Below, piece after piece: positions 1-10,688 of a stretch of 64,000 nucleotides of DNA (position 1 is its first letter; every line of letters begins with the position of its first letter). The notes beneath the pieces were generated by a model. That model was not told where the DNA came from and did not search any database. It saw nothing but the letters and a program-made list of their open reading frames with translations. Source of the DNA: Alphaproteobacteria bacterium (GTDB lineage: Bacteria; Pseudomonadota; Alphaproteobacteria; CALKHQ01); assembly GCA_965227515.1 (NCBI GenBank), contig CBDDFZ010000001.1:2336001-2400000 (forward strand), written 5' to 3'. The position numbers were made by a program, and so were the translations under genes.

Positions 1-1083
1 CTTGGGCGCCCCGCTGCCAGCATCGGCACGCTGGGCATCCAGGCCCCGCAACTCGACGAGCCCGGCAGTTTGACAACCCCCGACCCCATCACCCTGCACC
101 GTCGGCTGTCCGGGCTCGTCGAGCACTCCCATGTTGATCGCGTCATCCTGGAGGCATCCAGCCACGGGCTGGACCAGTTTCGGCTGGACGGCATTCGTTT
201 CCGGCTGGCGGCCTTCACCAACCTTGGCCGCGATCACCTGGACTACCACCCCAGCGTCCAGCATTACCTGGCGGCCAAGACGCGCCTGTTCGCCGAGTTG
301 CTGGAGCACGACGGCACCGCCGTATTGAATGCCGACGACCCGGTCAGCGAAGGCATTGCCTCGGTCTGCCGTGCGCGCGGTGTGAACACCGTAATGTACG
401 GGCGCGCTGGCGCCGACCTGCGCCTGGTCGACAGCGAACTGGACCATGACGGCCAGCGCCTGACGCTGGAGATCGCCGGCGCGCGCCGCGCCGTGCGGCT
501 GCCGCTGCCGGGTGCCTTCCAGGCAATGAACGCGCTGGCGGCCCTCGGCATGGTGACCGCGGACGGCGCCGATATGGCCGATGCGCTCGCCGCACTGGAA
601 GACCTGCCGGGCGTGCCCGGCCGCCTGGAGCATGTCGGCGGACCAGAGGGTGCCGCCGTCTATGTCGATTACTCCCACAAACCCGATGCCTTGGAGACCG
701 TGCTCAGCGCTCTGCGGCCCCATGCCCGTGGCAGGCTGATCGTCGTGGTCGGCTGCGGCGGTGACAGGGACCGTGGCAAGCGCCCGCTGATGGGCCGGAT
801 CGCCGCCGAATGGGCCGACGTTGCGTTCATCACTGACGACAACCCGCGCAGCGAAGACCCGGCGGCGATCCGTTCCGCCATGATGGCCGCCTGTCCCGGC
901 GGCCGCGAGATTGGCGACCGTGCCGAAGCGATCCATGCCGCCGTGGCCGAGGCGCGGCCCGGGGACGTGGTGCTGATCGCCGGCAAGGGGCACGAGACCG
1001 GGCAGAAAGTCGGTGACCGGGTGTTCCCATTCGACGACCGTGACGTCGCGCGTGCGGCCATTGCCGCGGTCTCGGGGTCGTGA
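1..1083 (+). CDS. murE: UDP-N-acetylmuramoyl-dipeptide--diaminopimelate ligase (5' end outside window)
   Basis: Frame open from base 1 (LGRPAASIGTLG...LTTPDP); motifs EASSHGL, FTNLGRDHLDYH, DYSHKPD, GCGGDRD, DDNPRSE, AGKGHE; first gene of the dcw run. Confidence 0.96.
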   Translation, partial: LGRPAASIGTLGIQAPQLDEPGSLTTPDPITLHRRLSGLVEHSHVDRVILEASSHGLDQFRLDGIRFRLAAFTNLGRDHLDYHPSVQHYLAAKTRLFAELLEHDGTAVLNADDPVSEGIASVCRARGVNTVMYGRAGADLRLVDSELDHDGQRLTLEIAGARRAVRLPLPGAFQAMNALAALGMVTADGADMADALAALEDLPGVPGRLEHVGGPEGAAVYVDYSHKPDALETVLSALRPHARGRLIVVVGCGGDRDRGKRPLMGRIAAEWADVAFITDDNPRSEDPAAIRSAMMAACPGGREIGDRAEAIHAAVAEARPGDVVLIAGKGHETGQKVGDRVFPFDDRDVARAAIAAVSGS

Positions 1084-2519
1084 GGCCAGCCAAGGACAAG
1101 AGCGCCCTGTGGAGCGCGGACGCCGTTGCCGCCGCCACTGGCGGCCGCTGCAGCGGTGACTGGACGGCAAGCGGCGTTTCCATAGATACCCGTACATTGC
1201 GGCCGGGCGACCTGTTCATCGCCATTCGCGGCGAGCGGCTGGACGGGCATCGCTATCTTGCCGCCGCTCTGGATGCCGGCGCGGCGGGTGCCGTGGTGGA
1301 CACGATCCCCGACGGCATGGCCGACGACGATCCACGCCTGGTGGTCGTGGGCGACACGATGCAGGCGCTGCAGGCGCTGGGACGGGCCGGTCGCGAACGA
1401 TCGGCGGCGACCATCGTGGCGGTCACCGGCAGCGTCGGCAAGACCAGCATCAAGGAAGCGCTGCGCCTGGTGCTCTCCGCCCAGGGCGCGACCAGTGCTT
1501 CGATCGGCAATCTGAACAACCATTGGGGTGCGCCGCTGTCGCTGGCCAGGCTGCCGGCCGACAGCCGCTTCGGCGTGCTGGAAGTCGGTATGAACCACAC
1601 CGGCGAGCTGGCCGCCCTTGGCACCATCGTGCGCCCGCACGTGGCGGTGATCTCCAACATCGAGCCGGTGCACATCGAGAACTTCGACAGTGTCGAGGGC
1701 ATCGCCGAGGCGAAGGCGGAACTGCTGGCGTCTGTGGCGCCCGGCGGTGCCGCGGTCCTGCCGCGCGACAGCGCGCATTACGAGCTGTTGCGCCGGCGCG
1801 CCAAGGCGGCCGGCATCGAACGCATTCTGGACTTCGGGTCCCATGCCGCGGCCTACGCCCGCGTCACCGACTACGGGTTGAACGAGACCTCCAGCCGCGT
1901 GTCGGCGGTCATTGGCCAGCGCGTCGTCAACTACCGCGTCGGTGCGCCGGGCCAGCACTGGATCCTCAACAGCCTGGCCGCGCTGGCGGCGGTGGATGCG
2001 GCCGGCGGCAATGTCGGCGAGGCAGCACTGGCGCTCGGCGACCTGACGGCGATGGGCGGGCGCGGCAAGCGCCATGTCGTGCACCTCGGCAGCACCGAGG
2101 CGCTGCTGGTCATCGACGACAGCTACAACGCCAGTCCGCCGTCGATGGCGGCCGCGTTCCAGTTGCTGGCCGACACCAATTTCGGCGACGGCGCGCGCCG
2201 CGTCGCGGTGCTGGGCGACATGCTGGAGCTGGGGCGGGCGAGCCCGCACCTGCACGCCGATCTGGCCGACAATCTGATCCGCGCGGGTATCCACAAGGTC
2301 CACACCTGCGGCCAGGGCATGACCCACCTGCGCAACCGGCTGCCGCTGGCGATGCGCGGCGTGCATTCGCCGGACGCGCGCACGTTGGCGCCGATGGTGG
2401 CGGCCTGGGTGCGCAGCGGCGACATCGTTCTGGTCAAGGGGTCGCGCGGCATGCGCACCGATATCGTGGTCGATGCCCTGCTCGGTCTGGATCGCGCGCC
2501 CGCGGCCGTCAGCGAATAG
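1080..2519 (+). CDS. murF: UDP-N-acetylmuramoyl-tripeptide--D-Ala-D-Ala ligase
   Basis: SIDTR, TGSVGKT, NNHWGAP, EVGMNH, DDSYNASP, LGDMLELG, VKGSRG; overlaps murE stop. Confidence 0.96.
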   Translation: MRPAKDKSALWSADAVAAATGGRCSGDWTASGVSIDTRTLRPGDLFIAIRGERLDGHRYLAAALDAGAAGAVVDTIPDGMADDDPRLVVVGDTMQALQALGRAGRERSAATIVAVTGSVGKTSIKEALRLVLSAQGATSASIGNLNNHWGAPLSLARLPADSRFGVLEVGMNHTGELAALGTIVRPHVAVISNIEPVHIENFDSVEGIAEAKAELLASVAPGGAAVLPRDSAHYELLRRRAKAAGIERILDFGSHAAAYARVTDYGLNETSSRVSAVIGQRVVNYRVGAPGQHWILNSLAALAAVDAAGGNVGEAALALGDLTAMGGRGKRHVVHLGSTEALLVIDDSYNASPPSMAAAFQLLADTNFGDGARRVAVLGDMLELGRASPHLHADLADNLIRAGIHKVHTCGQGMTHLRNRLPLAMRGVHSPDARTLAPMVAAWVRSGDIVLVKGSRGMRTDIVVDALLGLDRAPAAVSE

Positions 2520-2531
2520 GCGGTCCGGCCC

Positions 2532-3620
2532 ATGCTTTACGAGTTCCTGTTTCCCCTGGCCGAAGACGTTGCCGTCTTCAACCTGTTCCAATACATCACC
2601 TTCCGCACCGGTGCGGCCGGGTTCACCGCACTCGTGCTGAGCTTCGTGCTGGGGCCCGGCATCATCCGCTGGCTCAGGCGCAAGCAGCCGGACGGCCAGC
2701 CGATCCGCGAGGACGGCCCGCAGAGCCACCTGGAGACCAAGGCCGGCACGCCCACCATGGGCGGCGTGATGATCCTGATCAGCCTGGTCATCTCCACCCT
2801 GTTGTGGATGCGCCTGGACAACCACTTCGTCTGGGCGGTGCTGGCGGTGACGGTCGGCATGGGCATGGTGGGCTTCGCCGACGACTACATGAAGCTGACG
2901 CGCCGCAACTCAAAGGGCGTCAGCGCGCGGTTCAAGATGCTGGTGCTGCTGGCGATTGCGCTGGCCGCGGGGGTCTGGATCATCCTGGCCACGCCGGATG
3001 AAATCTCGCACCACCTGGCGATCCCGTTCATGAAGGACCTGCTGGTCAATCTGGGCTGGTTCTACCTGCCGTTCGCGGCCTTCGTGATGGTCGGCGCCTC
3101 CAACGCGGTGAACCTGACCGACGGGCTCGACGGCCTGGCGATCATGCCGATGATGGTCGCGTCGGGCTGCTTCGTGCTGATCGCCTACCTGGTCGGCAAC
3201 GCGGTGTTCGCCGACTACCTGCAGATTCAGTTCGTGGCCGGTGCCGGCGATCTGGCGGTGTTCTGCGGCGCCATGGTCGGCGCCGGGCTGGGCTTCCTGT
3301 GGTTCAACGCGCCGCCGGCCATGGTGTTCATGGGCGACACCGGCTCGCTGTCCATGGGCGGCGCGCTGGGCGCCATCGCGGTCGTCACCAAGCATGAGCT
3401 GGTGCTGGCCATCATCGGCGGCCTGTTCGTGCTGGAGGCGGTCTCGGTCATCGTCCAGGTGGCCTCGTTCAAGCTGACCGGGCGGCGGGTGTTCAGGATG
3501 GCCCCGCTCCACCACCACTTCGAGCAGAAGGGGTGGGCGGAATCGACCATCGTCATTCGTTTCTGGATCATTGCGGCCATCCTGGCCCTGGTCGGGCTGT
3601 CGACCCTCAAGCTCAGGTGA
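2532..3620 (+). CDS. mraY: phospho-N-acetylmuramoyl-pentapeptide transferase
   Basis: [38 protein letters not shown]; multi-TM. Confidence 0.97.
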   Translation: MLYEFLFPLAEDVAVFNLFQYITFRTGAAGFTALVLSFVLGPGIIRWLRRKQPDGQPIREDGPQSHLETKAGTPTMGGVMILISLVISTLLWMRLDNHFVWAVLAVTVGMGMVGFADDYMKLTRRNSKGVSARFKMLVLLAIALAAGVWIILATPDEISHHLAIPFMKDLLVNLGWFYLPFAAFVMVGASNAVNLTDGLDGLAIMPMMVASGCFVLIAYLVGNAVFADYLQIQFVAGAGDLAVFCGAMVGAGLGFLWFNAPPAMVFMGDTGSLSMGGALGAIAVVTKHELVLAIIGGLFVLEAVSVIVQVASFKLTGRRVFRMAPLHHHFEQKGWAESTIVIRFWIIAAILALVGLSTLKLR

Positions 3621-3625
3621 CGGCG

Positions 3626-5050
3626 ATGGCGGCTGACCTGCTGATACCGGACGTGGCCGATCGACGGATCGCCGTCCTGGGGCTGGGGCGTTCCGGCATG
3701 GCCACCGCCGTGGCGCTGCGTGGCAGCGGTGCCGACGTGATCGCTTGGGACGACACCGAGCGCGCGCGCGCACTGGCGGCGGAGGCCGGCTTTGCGCTAG
3801 GCGACCCCAGCGATGAACCGTTCAATCGAGTCGACATGCTGGTGATGAGCCCGGGCATTCCACACCGCTTTCCGCAGCCGCATCCGGCGGCGGCGAAGGC
3901 GCTGGCGGCCGGCACCCCCATCGTGTGCGATATCGAGCTGATGGCGCGGGCCGTGGGCGACACCGCCATGGTCGGCATCTCCGGCACCAATGGCAAGTCC
4001 ACCACCACGGCCCTGATCGGCCACGTGCTGAAGACGGCCGGACGGCCGCACGCGGTCGGCGGCAACATCGGCACCGCCGCCCTCAGCCTGCCGAAGCTGC
4101 CGGACGATGGCGTCTATGTGCTGGAACTGTCATCGTTCCAGCTCGAACTGGTCGACAGCACGCGCTTCACCGTCGCCGTCCTGCTCAACATCACGCCGGA
4201 CCATCTGGACCGGCACGGCGGCATGGACGGATACATCGCCGCCAAGCACCGGCTGTTCCGCAACATGACCTCAAGCGACACGGCGGTGATCTGCGTCGAC
4301 ACCGCGCCGGCCGCCGAAATCGCGGCCGAACTGGCAGCAGCCGATGGCGGCCCTCGCGTGCTGACGATCTCGACCGCCGATCCGATGGGGCGGGCGGCGT
4401 TCCTGCGCGACGGCCGGATCTGGGACCGCATCGATGGCGCCGAGGCCGAGCCGGTGGCCGACCTCGCCGAAGCAAAGGCGTTGCCTGGCCGGCACAATGC
4501 GGAGAACGCGCTCGCCGCCTACGTTGCCTGCCGTTGCCTGGGCCTGCCGCGCGCGGCCATTGTGCGCGGCCTGCTGACGTTCCCGGGCCTGGCCCATCGG
4601 CAGGAACTGGTGGCGACCGCCGACGGCGTGCGCTTCGTCAACGACAGCAAGGCCACCAACGCCGACGCCGCGTCGCGCGCCCTGGCAAGCTACGGCCGCA
4701 TCTACTGGATCGCCGGCGGGCGCGCCAAGGACGATGGGCTGGCCGGCACCGAGGCCGCGCTGGGCAACGTCGTCCATGCCTTCCTGATCGGCGAGGCTGC
4801 CGATGCCTTTGCGGCCGAACTTGCAGGGCGGGTGCCGACCACCGTCTCCGGCACGATTGACCGTGCGGTGCCCGCCGCGTTCGCCATGGCGCGCGGAGAC
4901 GCTGACGCCGTCGTGCTGCTGTCGCCGGCCTGCGCATCGTACGACCAGTTCAAGGATTTCGAGGCGCGGGGCGAGGCGTTCCGCGCTGCCGTGATGGCGC
5001 TGGCGGATGCAAGTACCGCCAATGGCGCGTCCGGGAGTGTGGCGCGATGA
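3626..5050 (+). CDS. murD: UDP-N-acetylmuramoyl-L-Ala--D-Glu ligase
   Basis: GLGRSG, GTNGKSTT, ELSSFQL, NITPDHLDRH, NDSKATN, LSPACASYDQF; start placed at the ATG after the mraY stop. Confidence 0.96.
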   Translation: MAADLLIPDVADRRIAVLGLGRSGMATAVALRGSGADVIAWDDTERARALAAEAGFALGDPSDEPFNRVDMLVMSPGIPHRFPQPHPAAAKALAAGTPIVCDIELMARAVGDTAMVGISGTNGKSTTTALIGHVLKTAGRPHAVGGNIGTAALSLPKLPDDGVYVLELSSFQLELVDSTRFTVAVLLNITPDHLDRHGGMDGYIAAKHRLFRNMTSSDTAVICVDTAPAAEIAAELAAADGGPRVLTISTADPMGRAAFLRDGRIWDRIDGAEAEPVADLAEAKALPGRHNAENALAAYVACRCLGLPRAAIVRGLLTFPGLAHRQELVATADGVRFVNDSKATNADAASRALASYGRIYWIAGGRAKDDGLAGTEAALGNVVHAFLIGEAADAFAAELAGRVPTTVSGTIDRAVPAAFAMARGDADAVVLLSPACASYDQFKDFEARGEAFRAAVMALADASTANGASGSVAR

Positions 5051-6171
5051 CGAGTTTCACCCGCGTTGACCGCTCGGTTGTCGGGCGCTGGTGGTTCACC
5101 GTCGACCGCTGGTCGCTGGCCGCCCTGGTCGGCCTGATCGCCATCGGCATCCTGCTGACGCTCGCTGCGGGCCCGCCATCGGCGGAGCGCATCGGGCTCG
5201 ACAGCTTCCACTTCGTCAAGCGCCAGTTCATGATCCTGCCGCTGGCGATCGTGCTGATGCTCGGGGTCTCCCTGCTGTCGCCGCGCGGCATTCGCCGGCT
5301 CGCCTTGCTGATGCTGCTGGGGGCGCTGGCGGCGACCGCGCTGACGCTGGCGATCGGGGTGGAGATCAAGGGCGCGCGGCGCTGGATATCGCTCGCCGGA
5401 TTCTCGCTGCAGCCGACAGAGTTCGTGAAGCCCGCGCTGGCGGTGGTGACCGGCTGGCTGTTCGCCCGCGCCCACCGGGTGCACGACTTCCCGGGGCGCA
5501 TCCTGGCCGGCCTGCTGTTCGCGGTGACCATGGGGCTGATCCTGGCCCAGCCCGACCTCGGCATGGCCGGCGTCGTCGGCGTCACCTGGTTCTGCCAGTT
5601 CTTCCTGGCCGGGCTGCCGTTCTTCCTGGTCGTCGGTTTGGTGATCCTCGGGGTCGGCGGCGTGGTCGGCGCCTATTACGCGTTCGATCACGTGACCAGC
5701 CGCATCGACCGTTTCCTCGATCCGTCCAGTGGCGACAACTACCAGGTCGGGCGCTCGCTGGCGGCGTTCGAGCAGGGCGGCCTGTTCGGGCGCGGCCCGG
5801 GCGAGGGGCGCATCAAGGACCAGTTGCCGGACGCGCACTCCGACTTCGTGTTCGCGGTCGCCGGTGAGGAATACGGTGCAGTGTTCTGCATCGTCGTCGT
5901 CGGCCTGTTCGCGTTCGTGGTGCTGCGCGGCTTCGGCCGGCTGATGCACTCGCCGAACCTGTTCGTGGTCCTCGCCTCTGCCGGCCTGCTGGTGCAGTAC
6001 GGCCTGCAGGCAATCATCAACATGGCCTCGGCACTGCACATGATGCCGACCAAGGGCATGACGCTGCCGTTCCTCTCCTACGGCGGGTCGTCGCTGCTGG
6101 CGATTGCGATTGCCATGGGCATGATGCTGGGCCTGACCCGGCGCTGGTCCGACGAAGAGGACACGTTGTGA
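5047..6171 (+). CDS. ftsW: SEDS peptidoglycan glycosyltransferase FtsW
   Basis: GARRWI, QPTEFVK, QPDLG, PDAHSDF, GMTLPFLSYGGSS. Confidence 0.96.
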   Translation: MTSFTRVDRSVVGRWWFTVDRWSLAALVGLIAIGILLTLAAGPPSAERIGLDSFHFVKRQFMILPLAIVLMLGVSLLSPRGIRRLALLMLLGALAATALTLAIGVEIKGARRWISLAGFSLQPTEFVKPALAVVTGWLFARAHRVHDFPGRILAGLLFAVTMGLILAQPDLGMAGVVGVTWFCQFFLAGLPFFLVVGLVILGVGGVVGAYYAFDHVTSRIDRFLDPSSGDNYQVGRSLAAFEQGGLFGRGPGEGRIKDQLPDAHSDFVFAVAGEEYGAVFCIVVVGLFAFVVLRGFGRLMHSPNLFVVLASAGLLVQYGLQAIINMASALHMMPTKGMTLPFLSYGGSSLLAIAIAMGMMLGLTRRWSDEEDTL

Positions 6172-7322
6172 CGAACGGGTCCGCAATTCGCATCGTGCTC
6201 GCGGCGGGCGGTACCGGCGGCCACATCTATCCGGCGCGCGCGCTGGCCGAGGTGCTGCTGGCGCGTGGGTGCGACGTCACCCTGATCACCGACCATCGCG
6301 GCGGCGCGTTCGACGACGCGCTGCCGGCGGTCACGGTGCATCGCATCCAGGCCGGCGCGCCCAGCGGTCGCGGCTTCTGGGGCAAGCTCGACGGGGTCGG
6401 GCGCATCCTCGCCGGGCTGCGTCAGGCGCGCAAACTGCTGGCCCGGATCAGGCCGGCGGCGGTGGTCGGATTCGGCAGCTACGCGTCGATCCCGACAATG
6501 ATCGCAGCACGGCAGAAAGGATTCGACTCGCTCTTACACGAGCAGAACGCAGTCTTGGGTCGGGCGAATCGAATGCTCGCGCGCCGAGTCGGTCATATAG
6601 CGACCGGATTCCCCAATATTCGCGGTTTACCGGCTGGCGTTTCCGCTAAGCTGTCAAGAACTGGTAACCCGATTCGACCGGAGATTGGTGCATTGGCAGG
6701 TCGGCCCTATCAGGCCCCCGCGCAAGGCGAGACGCTGAGCCTGTTGGTTCTGGGCGGCAGCCAGGGTGCGCGCGCGCTGAGCCAATTGGTGCCGGCCGCC
6801 ATCGCTGCCCTGCCGGCCGAATTGCAGGCGCGGCTCGACATCAGCCAGCAGGCCCGGCCGGAGGATCTGGACGAGACCCGCGCCGCCTATGCCGATTGCC
6901 CGGCCAAGGTCGAGGTGTCGTCGTTCTTCACCGACGTGCCCGAGCGGATGGGCCGTGCGCACCTCGCCGTGTGCCGGGCCGGCGCCTCGACGGTCTCCGA
7001 GCTGACCGCGGCCGGTGTGCCGGCGATCCTGGTGCCGTATCCTTATGCCACTGACGACCACCAGTTCGTCAACGCCAGCCAGGTTGCCGATGCCGGCGGC
7101 GCCTGGGTGATGCGCGAGGAAGACCTGGACGCCGGCAAGCTGGCCGACCGGATCGGCGCGCTCGCCGGCGACCCGGACGCGCTGACGGCGGCGGCCAAGG
7201 CGGCCTCGGATTTTGGCATGCCCGATGCGGCCGAGCGGCTGGCCGACCTGGTGATGGGTGTGGCCACCGGCAAGGGCGCGCCGGCCGATATCGCGGACGC
7301 AAGCGTGGGAGCGGCGGCATGA
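6168..7322 (+). CDS. murG: undecaprenyl-PP-MurNAc-pentapeptide GlcNAc transferase
   Basis: [30 protein letters not shown]. Confidence 0.96.
   Translation: MTNGSAIRIVLAAGGTGGHIYPARALAEVLLARGCDVTLITDHRGGAFDDALPAVTVHRIQAGAPSGRGFWGKLDGVGRILAGLRQARKLLARIRPAAVVGFGSYASIPTMIAARQKGFDSLLHEQNAVLGRANRMLARRVGHIATGFPNIRGLPAGVSAKLSRTGNPIRPEIGALAGRPYQAPAQGETLSLLVLGGSQGARALSQLVPAAIAALPAELQARLDISQQARPEDLDETRAAYADCPAKVEVSSFFTDVPERMGRAHLAVCRAGASTVSELTAAGVPAILVPYPYATDDHQFVNASQVADAGGAWVMREEDLDAGKLADRIGALAGDPDALTAAAKAASDFGMPDAAERLADLVMGVATGKGAPADIADASVGAAA
6469..6676. promoter_or_regulatory. intragenic cluster of 7 GANTC (CcrM) sites, 4 matching YGAKTCG, in an A/T-richer patch of murG
   Basis: GANTC at 6469, 6520, 6525, 6566, 6586, 6607 and 6671; the sites are seen directly, the regulatory role is inferred. 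Confidence 0.55.
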
Positions 7323-8767
7323 GCAGCCTCCCCCTCGATGTTGGCGTCATCCACTTCGTCGGTATCGGCGGCATCGGCATGAGCGGCATCGCCGAGGTGC
7401 TGCGCAATCTCGGCCACCGGGTACAGGGCAGCGATGTGTCGGAGAACGCCAATGTGCGCCGGCTGCGCGCATCGGGCATCGACGTCGCCATCGGCCATGA
7501 CGGCGCCAATCTGGGCGAGGCCGGCGTGGTCGTCGTTTCCTCCGCGATCAAGGACGGCAACCCGGAAGTCGAGGCCGCGCGGGCCGCGCGCATCCCCGTG
7601 GTGCCGCGCGCCGAGATGCTGGGCGAGCTGATGCGCCTGAAGTGGTCGATCGCGGTCGGCGGCACACATGGCAAGACCACCACCACGTCCCTGGTGGCGG
7701 CGCTGTTGGATGCCGGCGACATGGACCCGACCGTGATCAATGGCGGCGTCATCAACGCATACGGCACCAATGCCCGGCTCGGCACCGGCGAGTGGATGGT
7801 GGTGGAGGCCGATGAGTCCGACGGCAGCTTCGTCAAGCTGCCGGCCACCATCGCCATCGTCACCAACATCGACCCGGAGCACTTGGACTACTACGAGAGC
7901 TTCGACGACGTGCGCGACGCGTTCGAGGCGTTCGTCACCAACATCCCGTTCTATGGGCTGGCGGTGATGTGCATCGACCACCCGGAGGTGCAGGCGCTGC
8001 TGCCCCGGCTGACCGACCGCCGCGTGGTGACCTATGGCACCAGCCGGCAGGCGGACGTGCGCGCGGTCAATCTGCGCTCCGAGGCGGCCGGCACCGTGTT
8101 CGATGTCGAGATTAGCGCGCATGCCGGCGGCGGTGACGAGCCCAGCACGGTGCGCGACCTCAGCCTGCCGATGCCCGGCAACCACAATGTGCTGAACGCG
8201 TGCGCGGCGATTGCCTCGGCGCTGGATGTCGGCGTGTCGGTGGACCAGATCCGCAGCGGGCTCGCCTCGTTCGGTGGCGTGAAGCGCCGCTTCACCCACA
8301 CCGGCACCGTCGCCGGCATCACCGTCATCGACGACTACGGCCACCACCCGGTGGAGATCACCGCTGTGCTGCGCGCCGCGCGCCAGGCTGCCGAGGGGCG
8401 GGTGATCGCCGTGGTCCAGCCGCACCGCTACAGCCGGCTGCACGCCCTGTTCGACGATTTCTGCACCTGCTTCAACGACGCCGACACCGTGCTGGTGGCC
8501 GATGTCTATCCGGCCGGCGAACGGCCCATCGAGGGCGTGCACAGCCGCTCGCTGGTCGAGGGGCTGCGCGCCTTTGGCCACAAGGATGCCCATGTGCTCG
8601 ACGGCCCGGCCGCGCTGGCGGCCCGTATCGCCGAACTCGCCACGGCAGGCGACATGGTGGTGTGCCTGGGTGCCGGCGACATCACCGCCTGGGCGAATGC
8701 GCTGCCCGGCCAGTTGGAGGTGCTGCTCGATAACGGCGGGCGCATCGCCGCCGGGGGCGCCAAGTGA
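7319..8767 (+). CDS. murC: UDP-N-acetylmuramate--L-alanine ligase
   Basis: [44 protein letters not shown]. Confidence 0.97.
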   Translation: MSSLPLDVGVIHFVGIGGIGMSGIAEVLRNLGHRVQGSDVSENANVRRLRASGIDVAIGHDGANLGEAGVVVVSSAIKDGNPEVEAARAARIPVVPRAEMLGELMRLKWSIAVGGTHGKTTTTSLVAALLDAGDMDPTVINGGVINAYGTNARLGTGEWMVVEADESDGSFVKLPATIAIVTNIDPEHLDYYESFDDVRDAFEAFVTNIPFYGLAVMCIDHPEVQALLPRLTDRRVVTYGTSRQADVRAVNLRSEAAGTVFDVEISAHAGGGDEPSTVRDLSLPMPGNHNVLNACAAIASALDVGVSVDQIRSGLASFGGVKRRFTHTGTVAGITVIDDYGHHPVEITAVLRAARQAAEGRVIAVVQPHRYSRLHALFDDFCTCFNDADTVLVADVYPAGERPIEGVHSRSLVEGLRAFGHKDAHVLDGPAALAARIAELATAGDMVVCLGAGDITAWANALPGQLEVLLDNGGRIAAGGAK

Positions 8768-9714
8768 TGGGCCTGGCGATGAGCGACGAGGGCTGCATGT
8801 CATCACGCGGGCTGATCGACCGGCTGCCGCCGCTGCGTGGGCGCTTGACGCCGAACGCGGACCTGCGGAAGATGACATGGTTCCGCGTTGGCGGCCCGGC
8901 GGAGGTGCTGTTCCGCCCCGCCGATACCGAGGACCTGGCAACGCTGCTGCGCAGCGGCGTGCCGGTCACGGTTCTGGGCGTTGCCTCCAACGTGCTGATC
9001 CGCGACGGCGGCATTCCGGGCGTCGTGGTGCGCCTGGTGCGCGCGCTCGCCGACATTCGGGTCGAGGGTGCCGACATCGTGGCCGGTGCGGGCGCGCTCG
9101 ACAGCAATGTCGCGAAGCTGGCGGCCACCGCCGGCATCTCCGGGCTTGAGTTCCTGATCGGCGTGCCGGGCTCCATCGGCGGCGCCTTGCGCATGAACGC
9201 CGGCGCCTATGGCCGCGAACTGGCCGACGTGCTGGTGGAGGCCCACGCGCTGGACCGCCAGGGCCGGATGCACCGCCTGACGCCCGACGACATGGGGCTG
9301 AGCTATCGCCACTCGTCGGTGCCGTCGGACTGGATTTTCACCGGCGCGCGGCTGCGCGGCACGCCCGGGGGCGACCCGGCGGAGATCGCCGGCCGGCTGG
9401 CCGAGATCCAGGCCCAGCGAGAGGCGACCCAGCCGATCCGCACCCGCACCGGTGGGTCCACGTTCAAGAATCCGGAAGGCAAGCGGGCGTGGGAGCTGAT
9501 CGACGCAGCCGGTTGCCGCGGCCTCAGCCATGGCGGTGCCCAGGTCTCCGAGAAGCACTGCAACTTCCTGATTAACACTGGCGATGCGACCGCCGCCGAC
9601 ATCGAGGAACTCGGTGAGCTGGTGCGCCAGCGGGTGAAGGACGCCACCGGCGTGACCCTGGAGTGGGAAATCAAGCGCATCGGCGTGCCGATGGATCGGG
9701 AGGGCGACACATGA
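8767..9714 (+). CDS. murB: UDP-N-acetylenolpyruvoylglucosamine reductase
   Basis: [42 protein letters not shown]; exact start uncertain. Confidence 0.95.
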   Translation: MGLAMSDEGCMSSRGLIDRLPPLRGRLTPNADLRKMTWFRVGGPAEVLFRPADTEDLATLLRSGVPVTVLGVASNVLIRDGGIPGVVVRLVRALADIRVEGADIVAGAGALDSNVAKLAATAGISGLEFLIGVPGSIGGALRMNAGAYGRELADVLVEAHALDRQGRMHRLTPDDMGLSYRHSSVPSDWIFTGARLRGTPGGDPAEIAGRLAEIQAQREATQPIRTRTGGSTFKNPEGKRAWELIDAAGCRGLSHGGAQVSEKHCNFLINTGDATAADIEELGELVRQRVKDATGVTLEWEIKRIGVPMDREGDT

Positions 9715-10688
9715 CGAAGCGCGTCGCCGTCCTGATGGGCGGCATCTCCGCCGAGCGCGAGGTGTCGCTGTCCAGCGGCAATGGCTGCCTGCACGCGCTG
9801 ATCGAGGCCGGCTACGACGCCTATCGCGTCGAGGTCACCGAGGATCTGGCGGCCCTGGTGGCGGCGCTGACGCCCGCGCCGGATGTCGTGTTCAACATGC
9901 TGCACGGCCGCTTCGGTGAGGATGGCGCGATCCAGGGCGTGCTCGAGCTGTTGGGCATTCCCTACACCGGCTCCGGCGTGCTGGCGTCGGCGCTGGGCAT
10001 GGACAAGCGCATCTCCCGCGCGGTGTTCGAGGCGGCGGGCCTACCGATGCCGGAGGCGATGCTGTTCCGCTGCGACGATGCACCCGAAGGCGATCCGATG
10101 CCGCGCCCGTTCGTGGTCAAGCCGACCAACGAGGGCTCGTCGGTCGGCGTGCGGGTGATCTTCGAGGGCGACAATGTCGCGGCGTTCGATGCCGAGACCT
10201 GGGCGTTCGGCGACACCGTCTATGTCGAGCGCTTCATTCCCGGCAAGGAAATCCAGGTCGCCACCATCGGCTACGACACCGGGACCGAGGCCATCGGCGC
10301 GATCGAGATCCGCACCAAGCGGCGCTTCTACGACTACATCGCCAAGTACACGCCCGGCGAATCCCAGCACATCATGCCGGCGCCGATCCACCAGGACGCC
10401 TATCGCGAGGCGCTGGAGCTTTCGGTGCGTGCGCACCGCGCGCTTGGTTGTCGCGGGGTCGCGCGGGTCGACCTGCGCTACGACGACACCGAGGGCGAGC
10501 CGGGCAAGTTCTATCTGCTGGAGGTGAACAGCCAGCCCGGCATGACGCCGACGTCGCTGGTGCCGGAGATCGCCGCCCATCACGGCATGAGCTATGCCGC
10601 CCTGGTCAGCCGCATGGTCGAGCTGGCGGCGTGCGACAACGCGGCCGAGCTGCGCTGCCCGGTGAAGTCGACGGAGACCGCGGCATGA
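9711..10688 (+). CDS. ddl: D-alanine--D-alanine ligase
   Basis: [44 protein letters not shown]. Confidence 0.96.
   Translation: MTKRVAVLMGGISAEREVSLSSGNGCLHALIEAGYDAYRVEVTEDLAALVAALTPAPDVVFNMLHGRFGEDGAIQGVLELLGIPYTGSGVLASALGMDKRISRAVFEAAGLPMPEAMLFRCDDAPEGDPMPRPFVVKPTNEGSSVGVRVIFEGDNVAAFDAETWAFGDTVYVERFIPGKEIQVATIGYDTGTEAIGAIEIRTKRRFYDYIAKYTPGESQHIMPAPIHQDAYREALELSVRAHRALGCRGVARVDLRYDDTEGEPGKFYLLEVNSQPGMTPTSLVPEIAAHHGMSYAALVSRMVELAACDNAAELRCPVKSTETAA

Noticed and set aside
6469-6720. murG patch as replication origin or overlapping gene
   Set aside because: No DnaA boxes or unwinding element seen; alternative frames give no credible protein.
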